Below, piece by piece: positions 47,142-58,766 of a DNA stretch of 64,000 nucleotides. The translations under genes and the position numbers were made by a program. The stretch is from Staphylococcus sp. CAG:324 (GTDB lineage Bacteria; Bacillota_I; Bacilli_A; ML615J-28; CAG-313). How positions within the stretch are numbered: the first letter of the stretch is position 1; the number at the start of each line of letters is the position of its first letter. The notes under the pieces are model-generated. The model had not been told where the DNA came from, ran no database searches, and saw only the letters and a program-made list of their open reading frames with translations. Where the stretch lies: the NCBI GenBank assembly GCA_000433035.1, contig FR890814.1, positions 5,443-69,442 on the forward strand, in the 5' to 3' direction.

Positions 47142-48178
47142 ACACTTTTTTCAACTTTCCGATTTACATATAAAATGATAAAAAGGGTTAAAACAATTGA
47201 AACACACAAAAGCAAAAGATAAGGAAGATTAAGATATACATACAACTCCCCAATTAAATAACCTATAAATAAAACTGAAGCTAAAAGTCCAAAACTAAAT
47301 CCCTCATAATATTGAAACATTTTATTCGACAAAAATAAAGTAAGTGGCATTGTTGTGTTGAATAAAAGTGTGGAAAAAAGATAAATATATAAATTACTTC
47401 TAAAGAAAAAATATCCTATCAAAGATAGAGGAAGTGTAAGCATCACAGTCCATCTAATACCAATGAAATCAGCTAGGATTCCCCCGAAAGCTTTACCTAA
47501 ACTAGCAAAAAGAGCAATTACGATTAGCACATCAGGTGTTGACTCAAACAATGGGGTTGTTGTCTTTCCCATTATCGCTCTAATTGTTACCGCAAGTATT
47601 AATAGCATAATACATTTCATCTTTTTTTTGTCTGATATTTTAAAAGATGGTTTTGGTTCAACTATTATTATTTCATCTTTTAGAAAGTGGCAAATACTAC
47701 CTAAAATAAGAGTTAAAACAACAAATATTTTCAATACAATACTTTTATATAAATAGGTTCCTAGTGCAAGCCCACAAGCACCAAGTGAGACAAAAAGACC
47801 TAAATAAGCAAGTTTATCACAAGAAAGATAGATACTATATTTGCCACCTACAATGTGAAACATAGCGTTGCCAATTCCAATCAAAAATAAACTCAAATAT
47901 CTAGATAAAGGAAAGGCAGAACCAACAACCAACATAATTAAAGAAATAGTTAAAACAATGTTTTCGTTTCCTATTTTATCCATTATATAACCAAATAGTG
48001 GTTGCGATAAAAAAGCCAAAGTATTATAACCAATAAAAACAATAATAATAATCGTATTAGATTCAGTAATATAGAGTCTATTAAAGATAGTATATGCACA
48101 TATTCCATCAACTAATAAATGAAGAAAAGAAAGTAACCAAACTTTTACTTTTAATGATGTGTTTATTTTCATTTTCAA
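47138..48178 (-). CDS. MFS transporter.
   Basis: The profile has roughly 10 to 12 TM segments. Confidence 0.6.
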   Translation of the reverse strand: MKMKINTSLKVKVWLLSFLHLLVDGICAYTIFNRLYITESNTIIIIVFIGYNTLAFLSQPLFGYIMDKIGNENIVLTISLIMLVVGSAFPLSRYLSLFLIGIGNAMFHIVGGKYSIYLSCDKLAYLGLFVSLGACGLALGTYLYKSIVLKIFVVLTLILGSICHFLKDEIIIVEPKPSFKISDKKKMKCIMLLILAVTIRAIMGKTTTPLFESTPDVLIVIALFASLGKAFGGILADFIGIRWTVMLTLPLSLIGYFFFRSNLYIYLFSTLLFNTTMPLTLFLSNKMFQYYEGFSFGLLASVLFIGYLIGELYVYLNLPYLLLLCVSIVLTLFIILYVNRKVEKSV

Positions 48179-48852
48179 ATACTTTGATAGTAAGCATAAA
48201 GAATCATACTTCTACTTTTTTCAATTTTACTTTTTATATCCAGTTTTATATCCTCATTTAGACCATCTTTTTGATAATCCTCATATTGAACCCTTTCTTT
48301 AGAATAACCAATAAATTGATATCCAGTAAGTTCTTTCGGAGCATTTATTGAATTTTCATAAGTTTCAAAAAGCGTTGTTACATATTCTTCCCTTTCACCA
48401 ATATTACCATCTTGAATTGTAATCACCTCAATTTTAACTCTAGCAAGTTCTGATGTTTGTAAAAAGGTATCCAATTTCTCATTTTCAATAAAAAGTGGAT
48501 AATATTTGATTGAAGTATAAGACGTACCTTCAATTTTTTCATTGAGGGTTAAAAAAGTTTTGTCTATTTCTAATGCCAAAATGTCATCAATGGTTTCAAA
48601 TGAATGATTAGTTGCAATCCATCCTAAAAAAGTATACCCCTCTAAAAACATTTCATCATATTGTGAATAATAATAATTAGAATATCTAGATAATTCTTCT
48701 TCTTCTTTTAAACGAAATGCAAGACCATCATACTGATAGATTTGAATATTATTATAAATTGGCCTACAACTCATCACATCTAGATAAGTAAAAGCCATTA
48801 AAAACATCATAAAAAAACCCTTAACTAATGTTTTCATTTTATCTCCTTTCAT
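48175..48852 (-). CDS. Secreted protein with Listeria-Bacteroides (Flg_new) type repeats.
   Basis: Signal peptide and repeated GYTFLGW / GYQFIGY motifs. Confidence 0.45.
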   Translation of the reverse strand: MKGDKMKTLVKGFFMMFLMAFTYLDVMSCRPIYNNIQIYQYDGLAFRLKEEEELSRYSNYYYSQYDEMFLEGYTFLGWIATNHSFETIDDILALEIDKTFLTLNEKIEGTSYTSIKYYPLFIENEKLDTFLQTSELARVKIEVITIQDGNIGEREEYVTTLFETYENSINAPKELTGYQFIGYSKERVQYEDYQKDGLNEDIKLDIKSKIEKSRSMILYAYYQSI

Positions 48853-48908
48853 ATCTTTTCATTTATACTTCAATTATAACAAACTTAAATTTATTTTACA
48901 ATAAAAAG

Positions 48909-49661
48909 TTATAAATTTATTTCTAAAACAACAGGAGCATGATCACTACCTAAAATATGCGTCATAATATCAGACTCTTTGATATGCTCTTGCAATTGAT
49001 TAGAAACAATAAAATAATCTATACGCCAACCTATATTTTTTTCTCTTGCCAAAAAACGATAACTCCACCATGAATATATTACCTTTTGAGGATATAGATA
49101 CCTAAAAGTATCTGTAAAGCCACTTGACAAAAGTAAACTAAACTTATCTCGTTCTTCCCTAGAAAAACCAGGATGAAACTGATTTTGTTGAGGATTGGCA
49201 AGATCGATATCCTCATGAGCAACATTTAAATCGCCACAAAGAATAACTTCTTTTTTTTGTTTCAGTTTTACCAAATATTCTCTTAAATCATCTTCAAATT
49301 CCATCCGATATGAAAGCCTTTGTAATCCTTCTTTACTATTTGGCGAATAAACTGTAACAAAATAAAAATGATCATACTCTAGGGTAATTACTCTTCCTTC
49401 ATCATTATGTTTATCTAACCCTAAACCATATGTAACATTGAGAGGTTTTTCCTTAGTATAAATTAAGGTTCCACTATAACCTTTTCTAATTGCACTATTT
49501 AAATAATAATAATAACCATTTTTTTGTAAATCTGCTTGACCATCTTGCATTTTGGTTTCTTGAATAGCAAAAATATCAGCATCCATTTGATCAAAAAATG
49601 TATGAAAACCTTTGTTCATACAAGCTCTAAGACCATTCACATTCCAACTAACAAATTTCAT
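48909..49661 (-). CDS. xth: Exodeoxyribonuclease III.
   Basis: MKFVSWNVNGLRA...LQETK...GDLNVAHEDIDL...SDHAPV. Confidence 0.85.
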   Translation of the reverse strand: MKFVSWNVNGLRACMNKGFHTFFDQMDADIFAIQETKMQDGQADLQKNGYYYYLNSAIRKGYSGTLIYTKEKPLNVTYGLGLDKHNDEGRVITLEYDHFYFVTVYSPNSKEGLQRLSYRMEFEDDLREYLVKLKQKKEVILCGDLNVAHEDIDLANPQQNQFHPGFSREERDKFSLLLSSGFTDTFRYLYPQKVIYSWWSYRFLAREKNIGWRIDYFIVSNQLQEHIKESDIMTHILGSDHAPVVLEINL

Positions 49662-49672
49662 TTTTTCCCCTT

Positions 49673-50461
49673 CTATAATAAATTTAACTTCTTTACTGCC
49701 TTGTATAAACCATCATTAGATATATCATCAGTAACCATTGTTGCACTCCTTTTAGCAAGCCTACTACCATTGCCCATCGCAACACTAGTTCCTACCGCTT
49801 GAAACATCAAGGCATCATTATCCCCATCGCCAAAAGCATACATATTTTTCTTTTGATATCCCATCATATTAGCAATTCTATGAATTCCACTAGCTTTGGA
49901 TAAACCACTTGGTAAAACATCAGCCCCATAATTACCCCAATCAATGAAATCTAAAGTTGTAAATTTTTTACGATATGCATCAATGATATCATTACTTGCA
50001 AAAATCCAAATTTGTAAAACTTCTTTTGATGTATCAAATGGTTGATGATTCAAGTTTCTAACTCGAGCTTGGATATAATTTGTAAAATTATGATAACTTT
50101 CCTCATTAAAAAAGTTAATCACAATCTCATCTTTTAGAATAAGCCCTAGTGAAATATTCTGTTCACTTGCACGTTGTAAAAAAACTTTGATGATTTCTTT
50201 ATCTATTCCCTCACCATAGTATATATCATTATGCATATATATTTCTTGACCATTCGTTAAATTCATCCCTTTAAAATATTTTTCATATGGTTTAAGCGTA
50301 CCAAGAGTAACATAAGATCTTCCTGATGATAAATATAAATCATAATTTTGTCTTTTTCTTAATTCTTCTAACATATATTTTGTTGATGGCAAAATTGATT
50401 TCGTTTTACTGTCAAATAAAGTTCCATCAATATCAAAAAATAGGGCAATTTGTTGATTCAT
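49673..50461 (-). CDS. Cof-type HAD-IIB phosphatase.
   Basis: FFDIDGTL...FGDGDNDALM. Confidence 0.75.
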   Translation of the reverse strand: MNQQIALFFDIDGTLFDSKTKSILPSTKYMLEELRKRQNYDLYLSSGRSYVTLGTLKPYEKYFKGMNLTNGQEIYMHNDIYYGEGIDKEIIKVFLQRASEQNISLGLILKDEIVINFFNEESYHNFTNYIQARVRNLNHQPFDTSKEVLQIWIFASNDIIDAYRKKFTTLDFIDWGNYGADVLPSGLSKASGIHRIANMMGYQKKNMYAFGDGDNDALMFQAVGTSVAMGNGSRLAKRSATMVTDDISNDGLYKAVKKLNLL

Positions 50462-50592
50462 ATATAAACCTCAATATTTTCTTTGTTTTAAATTATAGCA
50501 TAAAAGATCCTGAATTTCAACAAGTTGACTTTTAGTTAAAAATGGTGTATAATAATTTGATATTATAAAAATTTTATGAAAGGATTAAATTT

Positions 50593-52293
50593 GTGAAAAA
50601 TAATACAACTTTACAAAAAGGTAAAAAACCCAACAATGATATTAAACTTTACTCTCTTGGTGGCCTTGGCGTAGTTGGAATGAATATGTATATTGTCGAG
50701 TGTAATGATGAAATTATCATTATGGACGCTGGAATTTTGTTTGCAGACGACGACGTCCATGGCGTTAGTTATATCATTCCTGACTTTACATATTTAAAAC
50801 AAAATCAGAAAAAGATTGTCGGCCTTTTTATTACCCATGGTCATGAAGATCATATAGGTGCCATTCCCTTTTTATTGAAACAAGTAGAAATTCCAACTAT
50901 CTATGCAAGTGGCATCGCAATTGGTATTATAAAGAATAAAATGTTAGAATTCAGTAATATTAATTATAATTTAAAAGAGTATACTGAAAACTCAATTTAT
51001 AAATATAAAAATTTTGAAGTTTCTTTTTTTCGCACCAACCACAGCATTCCTGATTCTTTTGGAATTGCCATTAAAACACGTCTTGGCTATATTGTAAATA
51101 CTGGCGATTTTAAATTTGACTTTATGCCAATAGGTGAAAAATCAAATTATTATAAAATAACTTCTCTTGGCAAGGAGGGTGTACTTTGTTTAATGGCTGA
51201 TAGTACCAATGCAGATATCTCTCAATTTTCTTCAAGTGAAAAAAAAGTTGGTATTACTCTAATGAATCTCTTTTCCCAAATTGAAGGAAGAATTATTGTT
51301 GCAGCTTTTGCCTCAAATGTTTACCGAGTTCAACAAATCATAGAAGCCTCTATTGCTTCAGGTAGAAAAGTCGTTGTTTTCGGTCATAGTATGGAAAAAA
51401 CGATTGAAATCGCTAGTAAACTAAAATATATTACCTATCCTAAAGGTTGGGTTTTAAATTCAAGAGAATTAAAAAAGCAAAATACCGATTTTGTTACAAT
51501 CCTTTGTACAGGTTCTCAAGGAGAGCCGATGGCCGCCTTGTCACGAATTGCGAATGGAACCCATAAACAAATTAAATTATTACCAAATGACACTGTCATT
51601 TATTCTAGTAAAGCGATTCCTGGTAATGAATTATTCATCAATCGAAATATAAATAAACTAGTCCATGCTGGCGCCCATGTTATTCAAAATAGTCCTCTAA
51701 CCGATACGCACACAACAGGCCATGCTTCACAAAATGAAATTAGAATGATGCTTTCCTTTATGCAACCAAAATATTTTATGCCTGTTCATGGTGAATATTT
51801 AATGTTAAAAGAACATGCTAAAATTGCTAGTGAAACTGGTGTGAAAAAAGAAAACTGTTTTGTTCTCGATACTGGTGATGTTCTTGCTTTCAATGATAAA
51901 GGAGCAAAAGTTTTTAAGAAAAAAATTCCTGCATCAGAAGTATACATTGATGCTTCCTTAAGCGATGTAGATAGCAATATCTTGAAAGAAAGAAAACATA
52001 TGGCAGATGAAGGACTTTTGGCAATCACTTTTACTATTACCAAACATAAACGTTTAATCGGTAGTGTAGTCGTTAAATCTAGTGGCTTTGCGGACTTCGA
52101 GTCATCTAAATCACTAGAAAATAGTATTCGTCAAAAAACACTTGATCTTTTTACTAATGGACTAAAAGAACACAAAAATATAAATATAAAAGCTCTTGAA
52201 AAACAAATTATAGTAGGACTGAATCAATTTATTTATCAAAAAATTGAACGAAGACCTTTGATTGTACCTATTATTAATGTTATTAATAATTAA
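50593..52293 (+). CDS. rnj: Ribonuclease J.
   Basis: Beta-lactamase/beta-CASP HGHEDHIG motif. The size (566 aa) fits. Confidence 0.85.
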   Translation: MKNNTTLQKGKKPNNDIKLYSLGGLGVVGMNMYIVECNDEIIIMDAGILFADDDVHGVSYIIPDFTYLKQNQKKIVGLFITHGHEDHIGAIPFLLKQVEIPTIYASGIAIGIIKNKMLEFSNINYNLKEYTENSIYKYKNFEVSFFRTNHSIPDSFGIAIKTRLGYIVNTGDFKFDFMPIGEKSNYYKITSLGKEGVLCLMADSTNADISQFSSSEKKVGITLMNLFSQIEGRIIVAAFASNVYRVQQIIEASIASGRKVVVFGHSMEKTIEIASKLKYITYPKGWVLNSRELKKQNTDFVTILCTGSQGEPMAALSRIANGTHKQIKLLPNDTVIYSSKAIPGNELFINRNINKLVHAGAHVIQNSPLTDTHTTGHASQNEIRMMLSFMQPKYFMPVHGEYLMLKEHAKIASETGVKKENCFVLDTGDVLAFNDKGAKVFKKKIPASEVYIDASLSDVDSNILKERKHMADEGLLAITFTITKHKRLIGSVVVKSSGFADFESSKSLENSIRQKTLDLFTNGLKEHKNINIKALEKQIIVGLNQFIYQKIERRPLIVPIINVINN

Positions 52294-52367
52294 GAATTAA
52301 AAAATAAAATGATTACAATAAAACCAATTTACTTAAGAATGAAAGTTGGCTTAATTGTAATCATTTT

Positions 52368-53234
52368 TTATTCAATATTATTATTTAATTCCTCTTGAAA
52401 AAGATGAAAAACATCTGATGTAACAATAGAATCATTTAAAGCATTGTGATCTTGTTCAGTTTTAGCTTTTGTATTAAATAATTGATAAGCATTAAACAAT
52501 CCTATATCCGTTTTGATTCCATAATAATTTTTAATAATTTGCATCAAATTGACAAATTTTTTCCTATCTGCAAGCGGTTTTAAATGATGAAGTTGATAAA
52601 AGGCATCAAGCATTATAATATCATTGCGACCCCATACATAAATTGTTGGTTGATATAATGATAAAATATTTTTTAATTTATTATAAAATTGATAACATGA
52701 AGGAGCATTTCTAATCGACTCCTCGGTTGTTTTTAAAAATTCAGCTGTTCTTGAATTGATACCAATTTGATGTTTAGGTTTTATCATTCCCCAATCTGTT
52801 GAAATGGCATTACCCTCGCTATCTTCTAGATAAAATCCATATTGAATAATTTCCGAAACAAAACCACCACCATGATTATATCCATGGGGAGGCATTGTAA
52901 ACTCTAAATCTAAAAACATTCGATATCCATCTCGATTAAGAATTTTCTTTACACCTTGCTTAATTGTTGAAAGATCATAATAAATAATCGTCTTTCTTGG
53001 AAGATGCCTCATCATTTTAACAAAACTAATCACTTCATAAACTTTATATCCACTTTGTTCAATTCTTTCATCTTTGCAAGTGAAGTGAACGACTAGTCCT
53101 TCACTTATATATGGTTTAAATTTTTTATATTGACTTCTTGATAAATAAAACATTTGTACTTTATGATTTAAAAGAATCTCAAAAATTCTTGTATCGTCGC
53201 TAAAGCCTCTAATAGTGCCATATACCAGTCGCAT
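52368..53234 (-). CDS. DEDDh 3'-5' exonuclease (DnaQ/KapD-like) with an N-terminal extra domain.
   Basis: FLDLEFT (Exo I) and HNALNDS (Exo III H-x4-D). Confidence 0.55.
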   Translation of the reverse strand: MRLVYGTIRGFSDDTRIFEILLNHKVQMFYLSRSQYKKFKPYISEGLVVHFTCKDERIEQSGYKVYEVISFVKMMRHLPRKTIIYYDLSTIKQGVKKILNRDGYRMFLDLEFTMPPHGYNHGGGFVSEIIQYGFYLEDSEGNAISTDWGMIKPKHQIGINSRTAEFLKTTEESIRNAPSCYQFYNKLKNILSLYQPTIYVWGRNDIIMLDAFYQLHHLKPLADRKKFVNLMQIIKNYYGIKTDIGLFNAYQLFNTKAKTEQDHNALNDSIVTSDVFHLFQEELNNNIE

Positions 53235-53256
53235 ACTTTCACTCCTTTCGACAAAA

Positions 53257-53466
53257 TCATAATGTTATTTCATGCATTTTTATTAGTTCTAATATTGCTT
53301 GGCTTCTTCCCTTAACCCCTAATTTTTGAATTACATTTGATATATGATTACGAACAGTCTTACTACTAATATTCAATTTTGTGGCAATCTCTTCAGTATC
53401 ATTGTTTTGTATTAATAGTTCAAAAATTTGTCTTTCTCTGATTGTTAAAAACCTCTTTATCGGCAT
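53257..53466 (-). CDS. LuxR/GerE-family small transcriptional regulator (GerE-like).
   Basis: 69 aa that is entirely a HTH_LuxR domain (LTIRERQIFELL...SSKTVRNHISNVIQKLGV). Confidence 0.6.
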   Translation of the reverse strand: MPIKRFLTIRERQIFELLIQNNDTEEIATKLNISSKTVRNHISNVIQKLGVKGRSQAILELIKMHEITL

Positions 53467-53508
53467 TTTCTTCCCACACTTTCATTGGTATATTATGCTT
53501 AAAATTAA

Positions 53509-55323
53509 TTAGAGGTTACTTGATTGATTTAATTTTTCTAAAAGGTTTTTTGCAACATCATTGGGAAGTCCCAGTGACTTTAATTTATCAATTGAAGCAT
53601 TCTTTATATCCGCAATTGTTTCAAAATAAGTTAATAAAATTGCTTTGCGTTTTTTACCAATTCCCTCCACTTCATCTAATACTGAATTGAAAGTTGCTTT
53701 ATTGTGTGTTTTTTGAAAAAAGGTTATGGCAAAACGATGTACTTCATCTTGCATAGATTCTAGTAATAAAAATAAATCACTTTTCTTATCAATAGCAAGT
53801 TCTTCATATTTTGTCGTCATTATCGCTCTTGTTCTATGTCTGTCATCTTTTAAAAGACCAATCAAATTGATTTCATCTTCAATATGCAGTTTTTTCAAAA
53901 TAGTATAAGCTGCCTTAATTTGTGTTCTACCACCATCTACAATAATCAAGGATGGTAATTTTTCTTTTTCTAAAAGAAGTCTACGATATCTTCTTTCAAT
54001 CACTTCCATCATTGTATGATAGTCATCTGGCCCTTTTACCGTTTTCACCTTATATTTACGATACTCTTTAGGTACAGGTTTACCATCAACATATTTAACC
54101 ATTGCACTTACGGCACTAGCCCCTTGAATATTAGAATTATCAAATAATTCTATTGTTTTGGGATATGCAATATTTAATCTTTTGGCAAGTTCTTGTAAGG
54201 GAATCATAGTTTTAGATATTTCAATTAGACGTAATTTTTTTAAATTATCAATGTTGTTTTTGGCATTTTCCATCACATTTTCTAATAACTGCTTTTTAAT
54301 TCCTTTAACAGGTGTTGTCATTTTAATGTTTAATAATTCTTCAATGATTTCCATTCCCTCAAGATATGGTACAATAATTTCTTTGGGATGAATATTTGAA
54401 CCACTATCATAAAACTGATAAATATAGGATAAAACTGCATCATCAACATTTTCTATTAAATCAAAAATTTCACCATTACGCTCAATAATTTTTCCAAGAC
54501 GCATATGGAGAACTTGAATGGATATCATCCCATCTTTTTGAAAATAACCAAAAATATCTCTAGGAATATTATCATTTAATTCCATTGTTTGTTTTTGTAC
54601 CACAGTATCAATTGATGTTAATAAATCCCGATATTCAATTGCTTCTTCATAGCGCATTTGCGTCGATGCCTCAATCATCAATTGATTTATTCTTTGGACA
54701 AGTTCTGTATTATTACCATTTAAAAAACGTACAATACTTTTGATATTTTCATCATAGTCACTTCTTTGAATATCATTTTCACAGGGAGCAAGACATTGAC
54801 CTAAATGAGCATATAAACATTTCTTTTTCGGAATATGATTACATTTTCTAAACGGATAAACTTTATTTAAAATCTCAACAATGTCCTTACAAGCCTTTGC
54901 ATTTGGATAGGGACCAAAAACATATTGATTTTTTCTTCTGAATTCTTTTTTTATATCTCTTGTATATAAAATACGAGGATTTTCTTCTTTAGTTAAAACA
55001 ATATAAGGATAAGTTTTATCATCCATTAATAAAATATTATATTTAGGACGATTTTTTTTAATGAAGTTAGATTCTAATAAAAATGCTTCTAATTCAGAAT
55101 GAGTAATAATATATTCAAAATCAACCACATCTTGAAGCATTCTTGTTGTTTTGGCATCATGACTTCCAGTAAAATAACTTTTTAAGCGATTTTGTAATAT
55201 TTTAGCCTTACCAACATATATAATTTCTCCCTCTTGATTATACATTTGATAACAACCAGGTTTTTTGGGTACAAGTGATAATTTTGTTTTAATTCTTCCT
55301 AAAATTTCTTCGTTTTGCGACAT
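53509..55323 (-). CDS. uvrC: Excinuclease ABC subunit C.
   Basis: GIY-YIG (GCYQMYNQEGEIIYVGKAK) and a C-terminal HhH. Confidence 0.9.
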   Translation of the reverse strand: MSQNEEILGRIKTKLSLVPKKPGCYQMYNQEGEIIYVGKAKILQNRLKSYFTGSHDAKTTRMLQDVVDFEYIITHSELEAFLLESNFIKKNRPKYNILLMDDKTYPYIVLTKEENPRILYTRDIKKEFRRKNQYVFGPYPNAKACKDIVEILNKVYPFRKCNHIPKKKCLYAHLGQCLAPCENDIQRSDYDENIKSIVRFLNGNNTELVQRINQLMIEASTQMRYEEAIEYRDLLTSIDTVVQKQTMELNDNIPRDIFGYFQKDGMISIQVLHMRLGKIIERNGEIFDLIENVDDAVLSYIYQFYDSGSNIHPKEIIVPYLEGMEIIEELLNIKMTTPVKGIKKQLLENVMENAKNNIDNLKKLRLIEISKTMIPLQELAKRLNIAYPKTIELFDNSNIQGASAVSAMVKYVDGKPVPKEYRKYKVKTVKGPDDYHTMMEVIERRYRRLLLEKEKLPSLIIVDGGRTQIKAAYTILKKLHIEDEINLIGLLKDDRHRTRAIMTTKYEELAIDKKSDLFLLLESMQDEVHRFAITFFQKTHNKATFNSVLDEVEGIGKKRKAILLTYFETIADIKNASIDKLKSLGLPNDVAKNLLEKLNQSSNL

Positions 55324-55366
55324 ATATCACCTATATTAAGTACTTCCCCTTGTAAAGGGGAAGTAT

Positions 55367-55705
55367 TTATTTTTTTAAATTTTCTAAAATTTCATTAATA
55401 TGGTTCCCATAAGCTAAAGATTCATCATATTTAAACCGCAGTTCAGGTGTTTTTCTTAAATCAATTCGTTTAGCAAGTATGCTTCTTAGATATCCTTTAG
55501 ATTTCTCTAAATCTTCTTTTGTTGACTCAATTTCTCCTAAATTTCCTAAAACGGTGTAATAAACCGTTGCGATGGATAAATCATTAGTTAATGAAACCTT
55601 GGTAATTGAAACATATTTCAATTTATTATTATTCGTACTATCAAAAAGAATATTTGCAAGTTCTCTTTCAATAATCTTTTCTACTCTTTCAATTCGGTAT
55701 GCCAT
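55367..55705 (-). CDS. rbfA: Ribosome-binding factor A.
   Basis: Sequence and its position after infB. Confidence 0.85.
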   Translation of the reverse strand: MAYRIERVEKIIERELANILFDSTNNNKLKYVSITKVSLTNDLSIATVYYTVLGNLGEIESTKEDLEKSKGYLRSILAKRIDLRKTPELRFKYDESLAYGNHINEILENLKK

Positions 55706-55708
55706 TCA

Positions 55709-58165
55709 TTACTCTCTTTCTGCTTCTTCCATAACGAAGCACTCAATAATATCTCCCACTTTAATATCGTTATAATTTTCAATTGTAATACCGCATTCAT
55801 ACCCTGCTTTCACTTCTTTAACATCATCTTTAAAGCGACGAAGGCCAGCCATTTTGCCAGTATAAATTACAATACTATCACGAATCAAACGAACACCACC
55901 ATTCCTAAAGATAGTTCCGCTCGTTACATAACTGCCGGCAATTGTTCCAATTCTGCTAACCTTAAATAGTTCTCTAACTTCTGCTTGACCAGTAATCTTT
56001 TCTTCAAATACAGGATCAAGAAGTCCTTTAACCGCTCTTTCAATATCCTCTTGAAGTTTATAAATAATATTATATAATCGAATCTCAACTCCTTGCTCTT
56101 TGGCAAAATCACTAATTTGTGAAGTTGGACGAACATTAAATCCCACAATAATAGCCTTAGAAGCAACCGCTAAAATAATGTCATTATTTGTAATACCACC
56201 AACCCGAGCTCCAATTATATTGATATTCGTTCCCTCAATATTTATTTTTTCAAGTAATCCTTTAATAGCTTCAATAGAACCTTGAACATCACATTTAATG
56301 ATTAAATTAAGGGTTTTATCAGCATTTTCATTCTTAAATAAATCTGTTAAAGATGCTGCCTTACCGACACCTTTTTCTTCATTGAATTTATTTTGAGCTC
56401 GAACTTCTGCTATTTCCCTTGCTTTTCTTTCATCATTTAAAACCATGAACTTTTCTCCTGCAAAAGGCACTTCTACAAGACCTGTTACTGATACTGGTTT
56501 AGATGGCCCTGCACTTAAAACCGATCTTCCAAGTTCATCTTCCATTGAGCGAACTTTACCATAAGTTGTACCCACAACAATGATATCACCAACTTTAATC
56601 GTTCCATTTTGAACAAGAAGTGTAGCAATTGGACCTCTTCCCTTATCAAGTCGTGCTTCAATTACAGTTCCGATACCAAGACGATTAGGATTAGCCTTAT
56701 ATTCCTTTAAATCACTTACAAGAATAATCATTTCTAATAATTCATCCACACCTTTACCAGTTAAAGCAGAAATATTAACAAAAATGGTATCACCACCCCA
56801 ATCTTCACTAACAAGGTTATATTCCGTCAATTCGGTTTTAACTCGGTCAGGATTAGCTCCCGGTTTATCCATTTTATTTATTGCAACAATAATTGGTACG
56901 CCTGCTGCTTGAGCATGTTCAATTGCTTCTTTTGTTTGTGGCATCACGCCATCATCTGATGCAACTACAAGAACAACAATATCGGTAATTTGCGCTCCTC
57001 TTGCCCTCATTTCAGTAAATGCGGCATGTCCTGGTGTATCAATAAAAGTTATTGTTTTATTATTTTTAACAACTTGATACGCTCCAATATGTTGCGTAAT
57101 ACCTCCTGCTTCTCCTGTTACAACATGACTAGAACGAATAGTATCTAAAAGCGTTGTTTTTCCATGATCAACATGTCCCATAATTGTAACGATTGCTGGA
57201 CGACTAGATAAATCTTCTGCTTTATCTTCTACTTCTAATTCATCAAAGCGTGTCATATCTGTAATTTTTTTATCTTTCAATTCAAAATCATACTCAATAG
57301 CAATCAGTTCTATTGTATCACGATCTAACGCTTGGGTAGCACTAGCCATAATTCCCATTGATACAAACAATTTTTTAACAAGCTCCGTAACACTAACACC
57401 CAGTCCATTAGCAACTTCCATAACACTCATACCACTTTCAAAATATAAAACATGATCTTCTAACTTATCATTACTAGGCATATTGCTTGTACGTTTTTCT
57501 TTTTTGGCATTATTATTTTTATTTTTATTGCTATTTTTTTTGCGCTGCTTGATATCTGTAATATTTTCTGATGAGCCTGCTTTTTTGACTCTAGCACTTC
57601 TGGTTTCTCGTGTTAAATTATACTCATCTTCTTCTAAATAGTCACCATATTTTTCTAATATTTTTTCATCAACCCGAGGAACAATAATCTCTTCAACATA
57701 TTTTGGTCTTGGTTGGGATTTTATATTTGTTTTAGGTTGTTGTTTACTATTGCCACTATTATTGTTATTACTATTACTATTGTTATTATTATGTGAATTA
57801 TTATTTGTTTGTATTACAGAATTTTTTTGATTTTCCCTCTTTTCAGATGATTTTAAAGAATTGGAAACAGGTTTAGAGTTATTTGGTATAGAACTCTTTG
57901 ATGGTTTTTGATTAGAAAAAGATTTTGATTTTAATTCATCTTCTTGTTTATTTGAACCAATTCTAACAGCTGGTCTATTTAATGATTTGGGTTTATTTGA
58001 TTTAAAAGGATAAGAAACTCCATACATTTTTGCAAGTTTTTTCTCCAAATCTTTAGAAACCTCATATTCTTCAGTTATTTTTTCAGTAAAAATAACATTA
58101 GATAATTTGTTAATGAGTTCAACCGTGGTTGTCTTTAAATTTTCTGCAAGTTCTTTAACTTTCAT
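55709..58165 (-). CDS. infB: Translation initiation factor IF-2.
   Basis: [13 protein letters not shown]-domain. The N-terminus has a low-complexity N/S/K-rich linker. Confidence 0.95.
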   Translation of the reverse strand: MKVKELAENLKTTTVELINKLSNVIFTEKITEEYEVSKDLEKKLAKMYGVSYPFKSNKPKSLNRPAVRIGSNKQEDELKSKSFSNQKPSKSSIPNNSKPVSNSLKSSEKRENQKNSVIQTNNNSHNNNNSNSNNNNSGNSKQQPKTNIKSQPRPKYVEEIIVPRVDEKILEKYGDYLEEDEYNLTRETRSARVKKAGSSENITDIKQRKKNSNKNKNNNAKKEKRTSNMPSNDKLEDHVLYFESGMSVMEVANGLGVSVTELVKKLFVSMGIMASATQALDRDTIELIAIEYDFELKDKKITDMTRFDELEVEDKAEDLSSRPAIVTIMGHVDHGKTTLLDTIRSSHVVTGEAGGITQHIGAYQVVKNNKTITFIDTPGHAAFTEMRARGAQITDIVVLVVASDDGVMPQTKEAIEHAQAAGVPIIVAINKMDKPGANPDRVKTELTEYNLVSEDWGGDTIFVNISALTGKGVDELLEMIILVSDLKEYKANPNRLGIGTVIEARLDKGRGPIATLLVQNGTIKVGDIIVVGTTYGKVRSMEDELGRSVLSAGPSKPVSVTGLVEVPFAGEKFMVLNDERKAREIAEVRAQNKFNEEKGVGKAASLTDLFKNENADKTLNLIIKCDVQGSIEAIKGLLEKINIEGTNINIIGARVGGITNNDIILAVASKAIIVGFNVRPTSQISDFAKEQGVEIRLYNIIYKLQEDIERAVKGLLDPVFEEKITGQAEVRELFKVSRIGTIAGSYVTSGTIFRNGGVRLIRDSIVIYTGKMAGLRRFKDDVKEVKAGYECGITIENYNDIKVGDIIECFVMEEAERE

Positions 58166-58473
58166 TAAAAGTCACCTCTTTCTATTTCCTTTTTTAAAGC
58201 CTTAGCAAATCCTAAATCAGAAATTCCAATTATCTTAATAACTTCTATGCCAAGAGCTTTTGAAAGTTCCTCTGTAGAATATTTATTTATGATAGGTACT
58301 TGATAAAAATAAGCTTTTTTATCAATTTTATCATATGTAGCATCAGATGCATCAGTTGCTACAAAAATTAATTTTATTTGTTTGGTTGGTAAAACCTTAA
58401 TAACTGAATCAGTCCCAAGAATCACTTTACCAGCCCTTCTTGCTAATCCAAGTAAATTTAATACTTTATTCAA
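58165..58473 (-). CDS. ylxQ: L7Ae-family RNA-binding protein (YlxQ).
   Basis: Conserved nusA-infB operon position. The size is 102 aa. Confidence 0.75.
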   Translation of the reverse strand: MNKVLNLLGLARRAGKVILGTDSVIKVLPTKQIKLIFVATDASDATYDKIDKKAYFYQVPIINKYSTEELSKALGIEVIKIIGISDLGFAKALKKEIERGDF

Positions 58474-58475
58474 AT

Positions 58476-58760
58476 TTATTTTCCCTCATTTAATAACTCT
58501 AATAATTCATCAAAAATATAATCTGGTATTTCTATTTCTAAATGATGATGAAGAATTTGTTTTCTTTTAGCAAGCATAATGGCACTTTTTTTCTTACTAA
58601 GATATGCACCATGTCCTCTTACTTTACCCGTTAAATCAATAACAACTTCATTCTCAGGTGTTCTAACAATCCTAAACATTTCCATTTTAGGATGTTGTTC
58701 ATTCGTTGCCACACATTTGCGAAGTGGCACTTTTCTTACTTTTAAACTACCACTCATCAT
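58476..58760 (-). CDS. ylxR: YlxR (DUF448) RNA-binding protein.
   Basis: RKCVATNE...GRGAYL-type motif and operon position. Confidence 0.75.
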   Translation of the reverse strand: MMSGSLKVRKVPLRKCVATNEQHPKMEMFRIVRTPENEVVIDLTGKVRGHGAYLSKKKSAIMLAKRKQILHHHLEIEIPDYIFDELLELLNEGK

Positions 58761-58766
58761 TCACCT

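Noticed and set aside
57450-57850. Highly repetitive AAT/AAC-rich tract that looked like a tandem repeat or CRISPR-like array.
   Set aside because: It is the in-frame low-complexity N/S/K-rich linker of IF-2 ([18 protein letters not shown]...). It has no spacer-repeat periodicity and is common in AT-rich genomes.
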